Positions 50,185 to 64,000 of a stretch of 64,000 bases of DNA are shown in pieces. Source of the DNA: Raillietiella orientalis (Eukaryota); NCBI GenBank assembly GCA_036172245.1, contig JAYWIR010000042.1, positions 744,001 through 808,000 of the forward strand. The letters are read 5' to 3'. The position numbers were made by a program, and so were the translations under genes. The notes under the pieces are model-generated. The model did no database searches. It saw nothing but the letters and a program-made list of their open reading frames with translations, and had not been told where the DNA came from. Numbering within the stretch: the first letter of the stretch is position 1; every line of letters starts with the position of its first letter.

Positions 50185-52499
50185 TTCAGATCAACGGCTT
50201 AGGAAACGACGATTATAATCAGATTTTTCCCTCTAAACAAGGTGGTACAGCCCCAAAGTGTGGCAGGCGCGGCAAAAGGAAAACCTTGCCGGGCCTGCTT
50301 TCGGAATGTGTTGCCCTCCGTTGTGTACAGGGACTCTTGACCACGTTCCTGAACTCCCCAGAAGACCACCCTAGGATCTTTTTCAGACGCCGTCTCACAC
50401 GTGGCAGGATGTCGCCTGCCGCGACGATCGCAGTTTTGTCCTGCGTCCGCGGAATCTCGGCGATTGGAAGCTCCGACTCCAGAGGCCGGAACAGAGAAGC
50501 CATCTTTGTCTTCTCGTTCCTAAGGATCGCAGAGAGATGTCCTCACCGGAGGCACAACCAAAAGGAACTTGCCGGCATCCTTGAGATAATGCCGGGTGAC
50601 ACCAAGGATCAACCTGTGCTCCCTTCTTTCATCCCTCCAAAACGTTTTCGTACTTTTTTGTTTCACATTTTTTAATTTCTTGTTTATTTCCCTGCCTCCT
50701 AATGTCCCTGCGCGGACCTTTTCCAGCGGCTGTTTTCGAGCCGGGAATCCTCCGGAACATGCGGAAGTCGTGGCATTGTGCTACCGCAACAGAAAGACCG
50801 GAAGATTTATCGATGAAAGATGCATCTTTTACAATAAACGCCACGGAGTGACCAGGTGAAAGTACAAGATGGTACACTCTAGTGAAGAGAAAGCTATGGA
50901 CTCGGAAGTTTTGAGTTCTGGAGAGAATAATTTCGGATTCTCTTGCGTTCTCTTTCTTTCTCTTGCGTTCTTGTTGGAAAAGACAAAAAAAAATGCGCAG
51001 ATTTACTTGGAATCGAGTGAGCTCAGGTCATGGATGCTGCTTCTAGGAGATTTTGCTCTGTGGATGCTATCAGACTTTGGTCGCGCAAGATGCTTCTGCT
51101 TGAAATCTTCGTGCTGTAAAGCTGCTGCAGGACTCCAGAGAACTCAACCGACTCCAGGATGCAGAGACTTGGCTCTGCAAAACTGGCTATGCAGTTTGAA
51201 GAAAGACTGTAAGCAATAGAATTTTCCTTTCTTCACGAAATCACGAATCTTTTATGCTTCCTTTCTCCAGAATCATATCATATTCGACTATAGCTGTGAT
51301 GCACTGTTCTGCCGAAGAAGGCGTGAATCTCAGTTCTTGCTCACAAAGATGTGTGCTGCAAGGATTTTCTTTGAGGTGAAGATCACCTTGAGAACCCACC
51401 AATGAGGAGGTGGAAGCCAGCTTCAAGATGCCTGAAGAACACTGTTCCAATGGGGGGCATTCTTCTTCTCTGCACTTGTCCCATTGTCTTACCATTCCAT
51501 CCCGAAATTAACATATGTTATGCGAATTATTGCTTAAGCGTGCCTTATAGTCTTATTTCTTCCTCCAATGACCTCTGTGAACCTCTGGAGCTCTGATTCC
51601 AAGAGAGATTAGAACGCCTACCTCTTCAAACCCATCACCACATCTTACAAAAAGCCTATGCTTGTCTGAGGAAAACTCTGATCAAGCAGATGGATCCTGA
51701 TAAAATTGAGGAAGTTTTTCTGTCAAGTTTAATCTATTCGAAGCTGCATTTTACTCTTACTGCATGGAAGTTGCTTCGGAACTTCAAAGGGCAACGTTCG
51801 ATGGAGAAGGATAACGGAGGAACATTTGTTCATATCAATCTTTTTGTTCCTCACAAGATGCAACACAGTGCTTTTTGTTTCCACAGCCGTTAAAAATAAG
51901 CGAAAATTACCATGAATAAAGCCTTCTATTCTGTTTGGTTCCCTTTCGATGCTTATTTCTTTCAGTTGTGACGTTTGCGCTGTGGATTCTTTGGCAAGTG
52001 TTCTTCATGTTTGCAGATTGAAAATCAGGAGGAAGATCCGGACTGACACTGCACCTCATTGAATGCTTCCCTTTGCGCTACACGGCAAAAGCCCCAAGTG
52101 ATGTTTCATCCACAAGGCTTAATGTGGGAGGGGGAGGGATCCCGACTCCAGAGAGTACTGGTATCTCGAGAAGCTCTTCGAGCATGAATTCTTCCAGTCC
52201 GATCCAACAACAGTAAAGAAACCATCGCCTAAACGGAAGTCCTCATGGGTGGCTTGCCATTCGTTTGGCAACATCTCCGCTCCCTAGAGTCCCTTTTTTT
52301 TTTCTTCAGGACTGGTCCATCCTCAGAGACCGGTTCTTTTGACTAAGGATGGCTGATCCATCATCCGCGCACGAGTAAGATACCAGGCGGAGGAAGATCT
52401 CAGCCTCCCTTCGAGGGAGATAGGATTTAACTGTAAGTTTATTTGAGAAAGGCAGATTGAATGTAATGATCATTGAATACAAATCGCCCAGAATCGAAC

Positions 52500-54710
52500 A
52501 ATTTCCTCTATGAAAAAGCAGAATGCTGCTTTGATGAGCCTGGAAGACGAGGAGGACACGCTCAGCATCCACGGCCTTTTGAAGCTACTGACGTGGAACG
52601 AGGTTCAGTCCCACGGTGTGCAGGAGAATCGTCCAGGAATCACTCGCAGAGGAAGACTCAGCAGATCTCTGCGACAGCCAGGGCAAGTTTACGAGATCTA
52701 CCGGACGCATGCGGAGCATCTGGACGACCTGGAAAAGTCTCTTCGCAAATGCAAGCGCTCTGGGTCTTCGAAGAGAACCAGCCGATTCTCGTCATCGGTG
52801 ATTTCACGTTCGAGCGCCATTCCAGGGAAGAAGGTTTACCTCCAGCATCAGCCCAGCAAACAAGAGCAGGGTGTGGATTTTTCTCGCTGGTAACCACACT
52901 CATCAGGGAAAAACCATGCAGTGCGCTGCCTTGTACAGCGTCGAACTATTTTCTATTACCTGAAAAACGTCTATAGCACTCAGACTTGTGGTTTGATGTC
53001 TTCATCACCCTGCTACTTACCAGAGGTAGACCACACACACATAGGCACGGCAGCAAACCTCGAAAGGTGTCAAGAAAGCAGAAGACAACCAGTAAGCACT
53101 CATCCGAAAACCAACCCATCCGAGGAGTGGACTTATCTGGGCATCTGGACGATCTTCGAAAGGCGACAGATCCACGTCGTGCAAGGTTGTTGCGTCAGAT
53201 GCATTCGCTCGATCGAGAGAAGAGAAAAGAGCATCTACAGGGCTATCCGCCTTTTCAGCAACAGTGACAGAGATGAGCCACTTTCTGAGGATTCGTTTCC
53301 GTCTTGAAGAAATTTTGTATCCCTAGTTGTGGCTAACAGATCACATGGGTGGGAGAATCAGGGTCTTGCTCCCAGCAGACGCTCAAGCTAGTGGTCTGTT
53401 GGATCATCCGATGAAACCGAAACATTTACGGAACCCGCAGTCTGTGTCATCTTCCAGATGAGCGCCCGCTCCAGGGCTGAAGACTTTAATGGAAGCGCAT
53501 TTTTCGAGGCAGCAAGGAAAGAGGAGTCTCTTGCATCACCATCGGCCTGTAAGTGAACCGTACTCCTCTCTTGGAGTTAGAATCCGCTGGATCAGTAACT
53601 TCCTCACCCATGTGATCTTCCCCTGCAGCCGGAATAAATGATCTTTTCGAATCTGAATTTTTAGACAAGTGTCCATGTTCTCATACTGAGGATCACTGAT
53701 CTCCAGCCTTCTACAAGAATTGGAAAGTGTTTCCAAAGGACGAATAGCGGCTTCCACAGTTCTTATTTTTCGCCCTCCAGGGAAACCTCAGTTCCATTTC
53801 TTGAGGAAACTTCTTAAGAAGATTTCCGCTGGGCACATTTTTTCAGTCTCAGAGGGAATCAGTGGAAAAATACCTCGAAGACAAATCTCTGATGGATTCA
53901 GCCAGAGAGGTTGGACACAGGAACGCTCTTGTCCACGGAGACAGATGGAGTTTTCTTGAATACGAAAACGTTTGTCTGATTTCGAGCATCTTTGTCAAGG
54001 GAAGCTGCGAAATTGCACATTGATCCCGGAAGGCAGTTTGACCATCGCCCGAGGGGGGAGGAGGGGAAAACAGTTGTTGTTTTCTGCCTTAGTAGATGGA
54101 ATCCAATGATTTAAGCACGGTCGCTTATGTTTTCGCCTCAGCACTTGCTCTACACAAAATTTTACCAGTTCGTGAGCAAAGAAGACACTGATTCACGGAC
54201 AACTCTTTGGCGATGCATGGAAACATGAGGAAAAGGTAGAGTAAGAGGGAAGAGGAAACATCCATTACGGATTTCCTAGGTTCTGGAGACTATGCTCATT
54301 TCCCGTGGTTCGGTGCCACTCACTCCATCGGAAAAAGAAGGAGGCAAGACATCTACACCCTGTACTGATCTATCTGTCCTGCTTATGAGCCTTCATTTAG
54401 CTTCAGCAGTCTTCCTTTGTTACGTCCGCTCCATTTAATTTTTGCCTGTCCAAAAGTGCGCTCCAGAAAACCACTGGATTTCCATTTACGTCATGCAGAC
54501 AGTATGGCAGGAGCGAAAGATGAATGGAAAACACATGGACCTCATGGTGGGCACGATGAGTGAGCATGTATGCACTCGCCGCGACTTCAAAGCATCATCC
54601 AGCGAGCTGCTGATCCACGGCTTGATCAAGTGTGAGCGCCCGGTAGATCTCAGCCGACCAGAGCGCATGTCCAAGGGAGCCTGCCTCCTCCTGAACGCTG
54701 GAAAATAGCC
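52500..54710 (+). mobile_element. Decayed LINE ORF2 (APE endonuclease and RT remnants)
   Basis: LLTWN, VQE, VYEIYR, PILVIGDF and VDHTHI fall in endonuclease motif order, followed by VLIFRPPGKP (RT entry); frameshifted. Confidence 0.55.
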
Positions 54711-54947
54711 GAAAAGTTGGACTGCTTAATTTCAAATTCCTCTGTCCGCAAGCTGGTGATGTGTTTAGGACAGTTCGCAGCATCCACGGCAGCTTAAAAA
54801 TGCATGCCATTTCCTGATGCTGCATCCAGAAGGAGACGGAAGCGTGTCGAAGCACGGTTGAAGCAGGTACGTTTCCTTTGCCCTTCCGATTTCCGAATTC
54901 GCTCACCATGTGCCCTAGATAGCGTGCTGTGGAACTTTGCCCGCACC

Positions 54948-57900
54948 ATGGCCAAAACCGGGCTGCTCATGCTCTTCTCCGTGCTGTACTTGCGCTCAGG
55001 TTTGTACATGGTTTGAGTTTTCACGAGATGGGATGTCCCTCGGCCGTGCGCTCTCTTACGTGGGCTCACGAGTTCGCATTCCATGTTTGACGACTCGTTG
55101 CACCAGCAGTGGTGTACCCCATTATCCCAAAGTTCCCCTCTCGATTGCTGGAGGATCGAGGGGTGCCCCACACCCGTGAATTACTCGGCGACCCGAGAGT
55201 TTGGAGGTCGCATTTCAGAACGCGGGAAGCCGCGCTCCTGCCGGAATCCGAGGTGTACGGATGAATGAATTCGTCCCTAAGCGCTAACTTACCCCGCGCG
55301 CATGGTGTATGTACACCCTGAGCTTTCATAATCGCGCTGCTCTGCTCACGAGGAAAGTTGATTTATGAGGAGACAAGGAAAACCATACCACCCGAGAAAG
55401 AAATAGGCGTTCCGTCGCTTCCACGAGTTACCGCTAATTAGAAAAATTCTGTAGCGCAGCTTCCAATTACGGACGAGTTCTTCTGAATCTTTGCATGCAA
55501 AGTTCAGAGTCGCTTCAGAATCAAAACTTTGCAAATTTATAATGGAGTCATGCGAGAAAAAAGAAAAAGTCTGTACGTTGCGCTTGTTCCAGCTTCCCGC
55601 TGAAGGAGCAACATTTCCAAATTTTCTGATGGGTTCTGTAAGAGTGCGATGACGTCACTGCAACTAAGCTCATGGCGCCTTTTCGGGATTTGCCTGTTTC
55701 GAAGACTCTTGGAATAAGGGCAGTCCGGAAAGATGCCTCCGCAGATGCTTTTGAGTCAAGTTTTGCAAATTTGGATCTGCTTGTTGCCATTCCGCAAAGG
55801 TGGTTTCTCAGCAACGCGCTCAGAGGTCGTGGAAGAGGATTCTCGCCTTTCAGGGAGAATGAAGATTGAGGAAGACGCAGCTGCTCAGAAAAGGAACGAA
55901 TGTCGCATTCGGGATCCGGAGCGGGTGGAGATGGAGGGTTACTATGAAACCAAAGTAATCTGGCAGCTCAGGTACAGGATTTGTCGAGCTGGAGTGGCAA
56001 CCTGAAAGTTGCTCCAGGAAGGAAAAAGAGGGTTTAGGTCATGTAGTGCTTCGAGGAAAGAAAACCGATGTGCAACGGTTAGCTTTAGGTTTGTCCAGTG
56101 AGGTCCAAGTGAATCCGCAATGATGTACAAGGGCGGTCCTTCACCAGATGGATTTTTTATTTGCGGATGCATTACTTTATGATCAGTAATTTTTCTTTCT
56201 TTGAATGAAGATGGAGCTGGGCAACTGATCTCTTATTTTCAAATGAAGCTTGTGTTTCCAATTTGCATGTGTTTTAAGGTGGAAAAGAGAAATTTCGCAT
56301 TATTATGGTGCATGAATACCACTAATGAACGGAATTAAAAATGACGAAAATGTAGCAAAAGAACACTCCATAGAGAGCACCATTTGACAGCCTGGAAGTC
56401 ACCTTACTCGTAAATTCTGTTTTGTTTGGCATCTAGTGCAAAGTAGTTCCAGAGAAATACCGCATTTCTACTCAACAGAAAGGAACTGGTTACCCAGGGT
56501 TGTTGCCGTCGAGATGGAAAGATCGAATCCTAGGAACAGAGACGTGGCGTTTTCGAGCACTGACCTGAAAGTTGCAAGTTGGTCCATTAAAAAAGAAAAC
56601 TCTAAAATGGTCGGATGTGCGATGGAGCGCCAGTTTTCATCTTTCATTTTGAAGGTTATAAGGAGAAATTCATGGTTTCCTAACTTCATAACTAGTCGAC
56701 GGAAAAATTCCTGTTTGTAGAAGTTCGGGATGAGCTTTGGATCGCGAAGCTGAAATGTTCAAAGTTGCAGCCACCATCGCGTGGGTGCAACTTTGAATTT
56801 GCTCTCATAGCCACTCGCTTTACATTCTCAATGCGGATGTCGAAATATGAGCATCCTCTTCAAAACAATGCATCGATAACGAGTGAGGAAACTGGAAGCT
56901 GTCTATCAGAGATCATGAAGCGGGTGAAGAGGTGATGAGCATTCTGCACAGAAGCAGATTCATTCAGATTCATTCAGGGCCTCAGGATGAAACCCATGCT
57001 CGAAAAGAGGCTAGGACTACAAAATATCCTTCATTTCACGAGTTTCGCGAGCTGGCGAAGAGCACGTCCACAGTCTTTCTGCATGACACGTGCGAAAGAC
57101 GGGACACCCACTCTACAAAGCTCTCATCAGCCGCTCACTCATCAAGAAAGATCACTGCTGCAGCTTCATTAGCTGGAGATCACGAGGCTGAGACCTGAAA
57201 ACTGCATCTCTCAGGAACTATGATTCCACCTGTCCCTTTTTATGCGAGGACATGCGCGCATTTTCTCCTCGAAGGCTGCAGAGACGCACCTTTTACAGCA
57301 CCCCATTCCTTCACTCCCGCTTTTCTCAGAAAAAATGCCTTCTTGCCGGATGAAGGTTCTTATAATCTCTTCATGTTTTCTCCGTGCTCCAAGGGATCTG
57401 TCGGGACGGCTCGCGGATTGCTCATCCGTGGGATGCTCATGGGTTTGAGCATTGCACAAAAGGGAAAGTGGACGGAGAGAACGAGAGGCCAGAAAGTATT
57501 TTGCTTATGCTCCGCTCTCATTTCTTTCCACGGAAGCTGTAGTTTTCCAATGCGCGAGACCAGCACAAGGAGACAGTGGCTGCTAAGCAGAGACGTCCCT
57601 CTGCTAGACGAGGACTCAGGATGAGGCTAATGAGCTAGCTAAGGAGCAGCAGTCTTTCCGGCTAGGATCTCACACACTTTTTAGAAGGTACCGTGACAGG
57701 TGACAAATGGGCCGCTCATCTATTGGCCCACTGCTCCTCGAGCTTTGCTGAAATGGCTTCTGATGCCAGGTCTTGATATCTCGGTGGAGGCTCCATGACT
57801 GCAAGCGGGAAAGATTCGGGCAGCGTACTCCTGGGAGGCTTTCAGCTATTAAAGCGGCATGATCTAGGTAGGAAAGCGATGAAATTTCCGTTGGTGATAT

Positions 57901-60900
57901 ATGGAAACATGCGAAACTGTCTGAGATTTCGGGCTCGAAGATGAAAGATGAATGATGATAAGAACTGTCTTGACAGTCTTGACTTCGGATAAAAAAGTTA
58001 GTAAAGTGACTGATGCTTTGCATCTCATAGAAACTGGAAGTGGAAAAAGGAAAAATCCCCTTGCATGGGTGGATCCTTTGGCGTTTCCCTCGAGATATCT
58101 GCTCATCTTCGGAAGTTGATCCAATAATGGCCATCGTTTAGTACTATCGGGAGGAACCGAAGGTTGCAGCAGGAATTTGAAGAAGGCCTCTAACGCGGAA
58201 TCAAGCCAGTGAACCGGCTGTAAAAGAGGAACCCAAAGAAAAAGAGGACCGTGAGAAGTGTCGTAAGCTTCCTAGTTCGCTGTCCGTGGTCCCTACCTGA
58301 CGATCTTCTCCCCTGGAGATTCCACTTGCCGAGTCGCATGATTCCTTTCACACGAATGATGTGAACCCCTTCATTTTACCTCCACCCAAAAAGCAAACGA
58401 TAAATATTTCAAACTGCAGTTCATGCACTTTGAAAAATATTTAACGGGCAACACTGTGCAGAAGTCATCTCCGGAATACACCTGCACTGCACTCAATAAT
58501 TTACGGCTCAACTTACCGCTCCAAAAAGCATGTGAATCTCAAGATTCAGCAGCTGGCCTTCGAGAGTGATGCAAAAGTCGCATCTCACGAACTGCTCTCG
58601 GCTGCAAGAATTCAAGACCTCACAAGCTCTGAAGCTAACACCCTTCTGTACTCTTGACAATCACATCTCTGGGAAAGGTCAACTTGAGGAAGCGAGTCAT
58701 CTCAGCAGCATTTCTTTTCACCAAGTTCACCGTGACCCCTTCCTGAGCTGGGAAGATGGAATTTCATGGATCCGTGCAAGCTCGCCATGAGACCATTGTG
58801 ACATCGGAGTATGGATTCCTCAACGTCCTGCTGACACTGCCTTTGTCTTTTTCTTGCTTCCTGTCCGAAACCGAAACAGCAGGAATTCTGGTTGAATTTA
58901 CCACAGATGGCGTCCGTCCGAGCACAGCACCATCATGATAAAGAGTTTTTGGACCGTCTTGCCCTATTCTCCTCGGATGCCTGTTTCTTCAGCACAAAAA
59001 TTCTCCGAATGAATCAAAACGAGGTCGCCTCTTTTAGCTTGCTTTAAAATGCTTCAAAAATGGCAAATTCTTGTTTCTGCCATCCAAAACTCAGAGCACA
59101 CAGAAGACCATCAAAATCGACCTGGACTGTCTACCATTTTCACAGGTATTCCTTTGCGATGGCCATTAAATAAAACGCCTTGAAACGAGTGAAATCTCTG
59201 CCAACAACCAGGAATGGATTTGAGATGAGAAGATCGCCCGCGTCGTAAAAGGAATCACTCACGCAGAGGGAAAATCAATTTGGAAAGATCTCCAAAGAAT
59301 CGGGTGCGCTTGATCTCCTGGTACATTACATTCTCTACCGCTTTTATTGTGAAGAGCGGCAGCAAATGACCAACGGCTAATCTGTGAATGATTGGCACCC
59401 CAGTGATATGCATCAGCAAAGAAACTCTCAAGTGCACAAACAAGTGCTCATCTCTTCTCAGAGTCCTTCGAGGATCCTGGTGAGACCCCAGACCAGAACT
59501 TTGGAAGCACAGCACTTTCACGTGCCACCTTCCGCTCGAGTCTTTTCTTAAGAACAACCGAACCGCGCTCCACGCCTCCTTCCTGCGGATGCTTCATTCA
59601 TGGCATTTGCTGCAACCACCGGGCAATCGATGCTCTCGGCCTGTCCCGTGCCGACGTTCTTCCAGACGTCCATTCACCGGCCTGCGCGATGACGTCACGA
59701 AGGACTTTTTGCCGTCCTCTCGAGAGACGGCTTCCGCAGCACGACTCGCGGGGGCGGACCGCCCTCGTACGAGAAGGCGCACACGTCGTGCTTGCAGCGC
59801 TCCCACGCGCCAGCATAGGAGCGCCGGCACAGTAAGTGCGAGGCCATCGAGAGCCAGCCTACGCCTTGCTGTCGCGCCAGCTGGCGTGCGAGGCCACGCG
59901 CAACGCGGGTGTCTCTCCACGCACCGCGTGCCTGCCGGTGGGCGCCGAACTTGGCTCGTGTCCCTGCGTCACGTCGAAACGCGCCTCTCTTTCGGCCGGT
60001 GGCTCTGCTCCAGAGAATGGATGACCGACGCTTCGGTGCCGGCAGAAGGTGGACCGTGGGTCTCAGCTGCCCGCGAGGCGTGTGGGTAGTCGCCGAGTAG
60101 CAAGACGCCCCACCTAGGGTGGGTTCCCGTGAATACTTGAGGTACCGTGGCTGCTCATTTCAACTTAGGTCTGGGTTTTGTTTCTTCTCGCGGAAGGATT
60201 GTGTATTTTCTGAGCACACTTGGTCCACGAGCTCCTATACTTCATTCTTCTAACTCGCTCCTCATGACTTTGCAGCCTACTTCCTTCCGCAGCTGATCGG
60301 TTACAATGAAAACCAGACTACATTTGTGGGAAGATCCTTGGCTTTTTCCTGCGTGGTGGAAGATTTGGCTCCTTACAAGGTAAAAGCAAAGCGCCAAGTC
60401 TTTTCATGTCTTCTGTGTACCTTGACGTTCTGACCTTTTCGTGGATGAGGACACACTAGGTTTGGCCACTTTTCGGGGTCCTTCTATGCACGAATAACTT
60501 CTTTCCTGAGAGGCGTGTGAGCAAAGGGAACCGCCTCAGCTGGGATGCAACCGTCGCAGCTGTCCGAAGTAGCATCTGCCAAAGTTTTGAGAGCGATCTT
60601 CCGCGAGACGGCGGTTGGAACGTCATAGGATGGATTTCCTTTGTTCCCCAGAATCTATTGTACATCCGTGAAAATGCTTTGTGCTTCTTCACTGCATCCG
60701 TAGTTTTGCCATGGAAACGAAGAACGAGAGCGCGTAACTCACAACGATCGTTGCTGGGTCCTTTGGCTTTTTTTTTCTTTTTGAAGTTATTCCCCATCCT
60801 TTGCTTCGCGTGGCACATGGATCGGCAGTCCACGAAAGTTGTTCAGAATGATTCGGATCGAGACGATCCTGTTCCACGTAACACCTCCTAAGAGGAGTGG

Positions 60901-63361
60901 CACACCCATCCCGGACTTTCTAGAACACAATCAGATGCGACCAATAATGGAGAGGCTGTTCTGGCTTCCGAAGACCTGATACGAGGCATCACCTTTCGGA
61001 TTATGGAACTTTCCGGAAATGGAAACACTGATCATGGCGGAGGATAGCTGAAGCCCTTCTCTCATTCCAGATGTACAAGGTTTTGTAATTCTACAACGAA
61101 ACCGTCGTCCTTTCTTTCACTGAAGAGTATCATGCGAATGAGCAGGATGGTTAAGGGAGGGACACAGGGTCAATCCATTCTTTCCCACCATCTTCAGAAC
61201 ATCAAATCCCTCAGTTTTCCTACAATCCCTTCGTCCCAGATCCAACAATCCCTTCGAGCATCATGTGGAGGGTGCTCCACATGGGGCTCGAAACAGCCAT
61301 CAGTACAGAACATCAGTGGAGAAGGATGCATTGCATATCGTGAGGCTCAGAGCCTGGTTGCCGGGGTAAACAAGAGCCTTCTTTTCGTGCGTTTCAGGAT
61401 GTTTCAGGACCTGAGCGTGATGTCCTCGGATGCGGTCAGGCTTCATGGAGCTCCAGTTCTCCGATATGCTTCTGTAATTCGACTCCATAACGTCGCCATC
61501 CAACTGAATGCTAATAATTGATGTGCATCTTCATCTTTTTCCACAGGGAGCAGAAGCCATCTAGCTGATCTTGCCCTAACGAATTTGACCGTTATTTCAG
61601 AGATCTTCCATCTGATCGTACCTGACCCTGCTCTGTGATGAGCGGCACACTGAGTAGGCTAAGGCGCATGGGATTCGATGGACGCAGCTAAACCCCGATC
61701 TTATCCCGAAAACTGCAATTATATCCCATCCAGAGTCCTAAAACTCCTGTACCCTGACACCACGGGTGGGATTGCCTCATTCTCAAGAGATTCAGCAGTG
61801 TGTGAACCGATGTTCTTCTAGCCAACTGACCTCTTGAGGGGACCTGAAGCATTCAAGTCGCCTCTAGACATCAGTTGCACAGGATGTGAAACAACAAGAC
61901 ACGTGTAGCCATCCTGCCCCTGGCAGGGCACGCAACCTGCGTTGCCAGAAGGCTTGGATAGGCGACCGCCTGGGAAAGCCCGGGTGGCTGTAAACTTTCC
62001 TGTGGGTGAAGCAGCAGTCTTCTTCTGGTTCGTTTCTCGCAGATCGCTTGGTACCACGTCGATTCTGGGACCGTGCTCAGCGTCAACAACCACTTGCTCA
62101 CCCAGGATCCGCGGATCCGCATCCATCACGATAAGCGCCGCACCTGGACCCTGGAGATCACCAACGTGAGCCTTCAGGACAATGGGGAATACATGTGTCA
62201 ACTGAACACTCCAGCGGCTGAAAGCCAGTATGCATACGTGAAGGTGGTAGGTAAGAACGGAGTGCTCGCTTTGTCCCTGATTCTTTGGGAATCCTGATTT
62301 CCTATGCCCGGAGCCTGTGCTTTCGCGCACCCATGAAACGCAACAAATCGAGCGCGTGTTCTCTGAGAATGAAGTTTTTATTATTTAGATTTACAATTAG
62401 ATGGCATATTACAGGGGAGGCTCTTGACAATCTTCCGGAATTCCTACTCTGTTAATCTGGGGAGCTCGTCGCCCCTCAGCATGTCGCTTCATCGCCTTCG
62501 TGTTTTTCGTCTTGCTAGAGTTGACCGCTGGGGTTCTGCTGCATCTGTTTGTGGGTACTTCGTGTGACGTGGGCAGCATATAAGTCGCTGGAGTACCGGA
62601 TGCACAAAGTCACCATCCGGTATCATCGCCCCAGAGTGTTTTTCTGAAATTCCAAGGTCCTGTAGTACTTCCTCGTTACCTGGATCCCCGGCTTCCAGAG
62701 TGCTAATGATGAAAGCATGCATCCTGCACTGCTTTTTCCCCTCTCTGCCTGACAGGAGGGCTACCTAGTATTTTTCCTGTTTGTTCTTCTGGTTGCGCTG
62801 AACGCCTATCTTCCACCCTCTTACTGGCAGCAGATGACCAGCACTATCAACCAGTTTCCTTTTTCCATCATTAAGTTCAATCTTAGTAGTTCGTAGGGGT
62901 AGTTCGTTCCTGGAGCTCTCTGGATTGTGGTCGCTAGGGTCTACTTTGGTTCACCACTGCGGCCTTGATGATCATCTCTTGAATCGCGTCGTGCCGCACA
63001 ATGGATAGGTGAAAGTTTCTCCTGCATCTGTTCAGTACGTGAGATAACGTTTCGTGTTCTGTCCGGAAGCACCGACAGGCGCGTTCTTCTGCTTTCATCC
63101 TGAAGCTGCTTCTCTACATGCTCGTTCTCACAAGAGACGTGCATGCTCCCATCATTTCCTGGTCAAATAACGCTCAAACCGTCTTCTTCACTGACTCTGC
63201 AGATCCTCCGGATATTGTGGACCGCAAATCCAGCTCAGAGGTCGTCGCTCAGGAGAACGGGAGTGCCAGATTGTTCTGCCGAGCTAGAGGTCACCCGGAA
63301 CCTGTTCTTCATTGGAAGAGAGAGGACGGCAATCAAATCAGGATCAACAGGTCCCATGCAG
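54948..63361 (+). CDS. DIP/lachesin-like (IgLON-type) Ig cell-adhesion protein, 3'-partial
   Basis: Exons: 54948-54999 (gcaccATGg; signal peptide MAKTGLLMLFSVLYLRS; least certain), 60276-60379 (FVGRSLAFSCVVEDLAPYK), 62043-62250 (IAWYHVD...WTLEITNVSLQDNGEYMCQLNT) and 63203-63361 (PPDIVD...LFCRARGHPEPVLHWKREDG). All splice phases are compatible. Confidence 0.88.
57450..59460 (-). mobile_element. Decayed LINE body adjoining repeat copy 2
   Basis: GNAKGS (~58080, GVPQGS-like) and HWKTTASVERNE (~57540, RNase H-like); weak. Confidence 0.25.
59466..60158. repeat. 700-bp GC-rich dispersed repeat, copy 2 (inside the first intron of the DIP-like CDS)
   Basis: Near-identical to 36821-37521; both copies give the same ORF translations in the track. 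Confidence 0.95.
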
Positions 63362-64000
63362 GTGAGGACCACCAGCACCCCTGGAGCCCCGAAGCTGATA
63401 ACTGCGAGGTCCATTCTCGCAACTTCTTGAGTGGAAGGAAGGTTGCTTCGATAACGACCTTCTTTTTCTCTCGACGGGACATGGGTAGCAAAGTGCAGAG
63501 GGAGTGCAGGGGATCAGGGGAGATACAAAAAAAGTATGCGTGGAGGTATGGGGGACTTCTGTTGAATTGACCAGGAATTCTTGCCGGGAACGCGAGGTGC
63601 CTCTATACTGCTGTTGCCTGTTGCCCACCGCAACCTCTCACGTGAACACCCAATCCTTTCCGCAGCTCGAGTATTCAGGAGTGCATTCGACCTTCTACGT
63701 TCGTCAGTCGTCAGACTCTCCAGGGAAGAAGATTCCCACTATCCTCAAAGAGACGGGGCAAAGGGAAGTGAAAGAAGAGAGAAAAGAAGGATGGGATACT
63801 CTTTCCTATGAGGAAGAAGACAGATAAAAAAGGAAAGGTTCTCCGGATATCCTCATCCTTGCAGCATCCGTCTACTATACCAGTATACCTCCGGCGACTA
63901 AGACAGCTGTCCAACATGAGGATCACTGCATACTCCTCCCTTCGTGAGGGACGAAAGGAAACCCTATCAGGGTACATTTGTTTGCTATCGGCAACCTGAC

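Noticed and set aside
61750..62000. Possible LINE 5' UTR-like structured segment before the Ig exon
   Set aside because: Based only on vague recollection; no ORF or second copy in the window supports it.
1..64000. CRISPR arrays, rRNA, operons or prokaryotic defence systems
   Set aside because: No regular repeat-spacer pattern or dense intronless ORFs; the window is spliced animal DNA.

Overview
Eukaryotic (arthropod-like) genomic DNA with spliced genes, so the ORF track misses most exons; gene models below were rebuilt by hand from GT/AG sites and exon phase. Four genes are supported. (1) The 3' part of an alpha7-group nicotinic acetylcholine receptor alpha subunit (+, 5305-23650) with two tandem 87-nt copies of the pore-lining M2 exon. 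(2) CNOT2/Regena (-, 25462-26959) with four 41-50 nt introns. (3) An unrecognised ~690 aa gene (+, 41809-44822) that appears to be CARD-like fold / AIG1-GIMAP-type GTPase fold with destroyed G1 and G3 motifs / second CARD-like fold / unknown C-terminal domain. (4) The 5' part of a DIP/lachesin-like Ig adhesion gene (+, 54948 onward). Introns and intergenic DNA hold heavily decayed RNase H-type LINEs, a MULE fragment, a palindromic mariner derivative and a near-identical 700-bp duplicated module. No rRNA, tRNA or CRISPR was seen. Domain calls rest on remembered family motifs, not on database searches.
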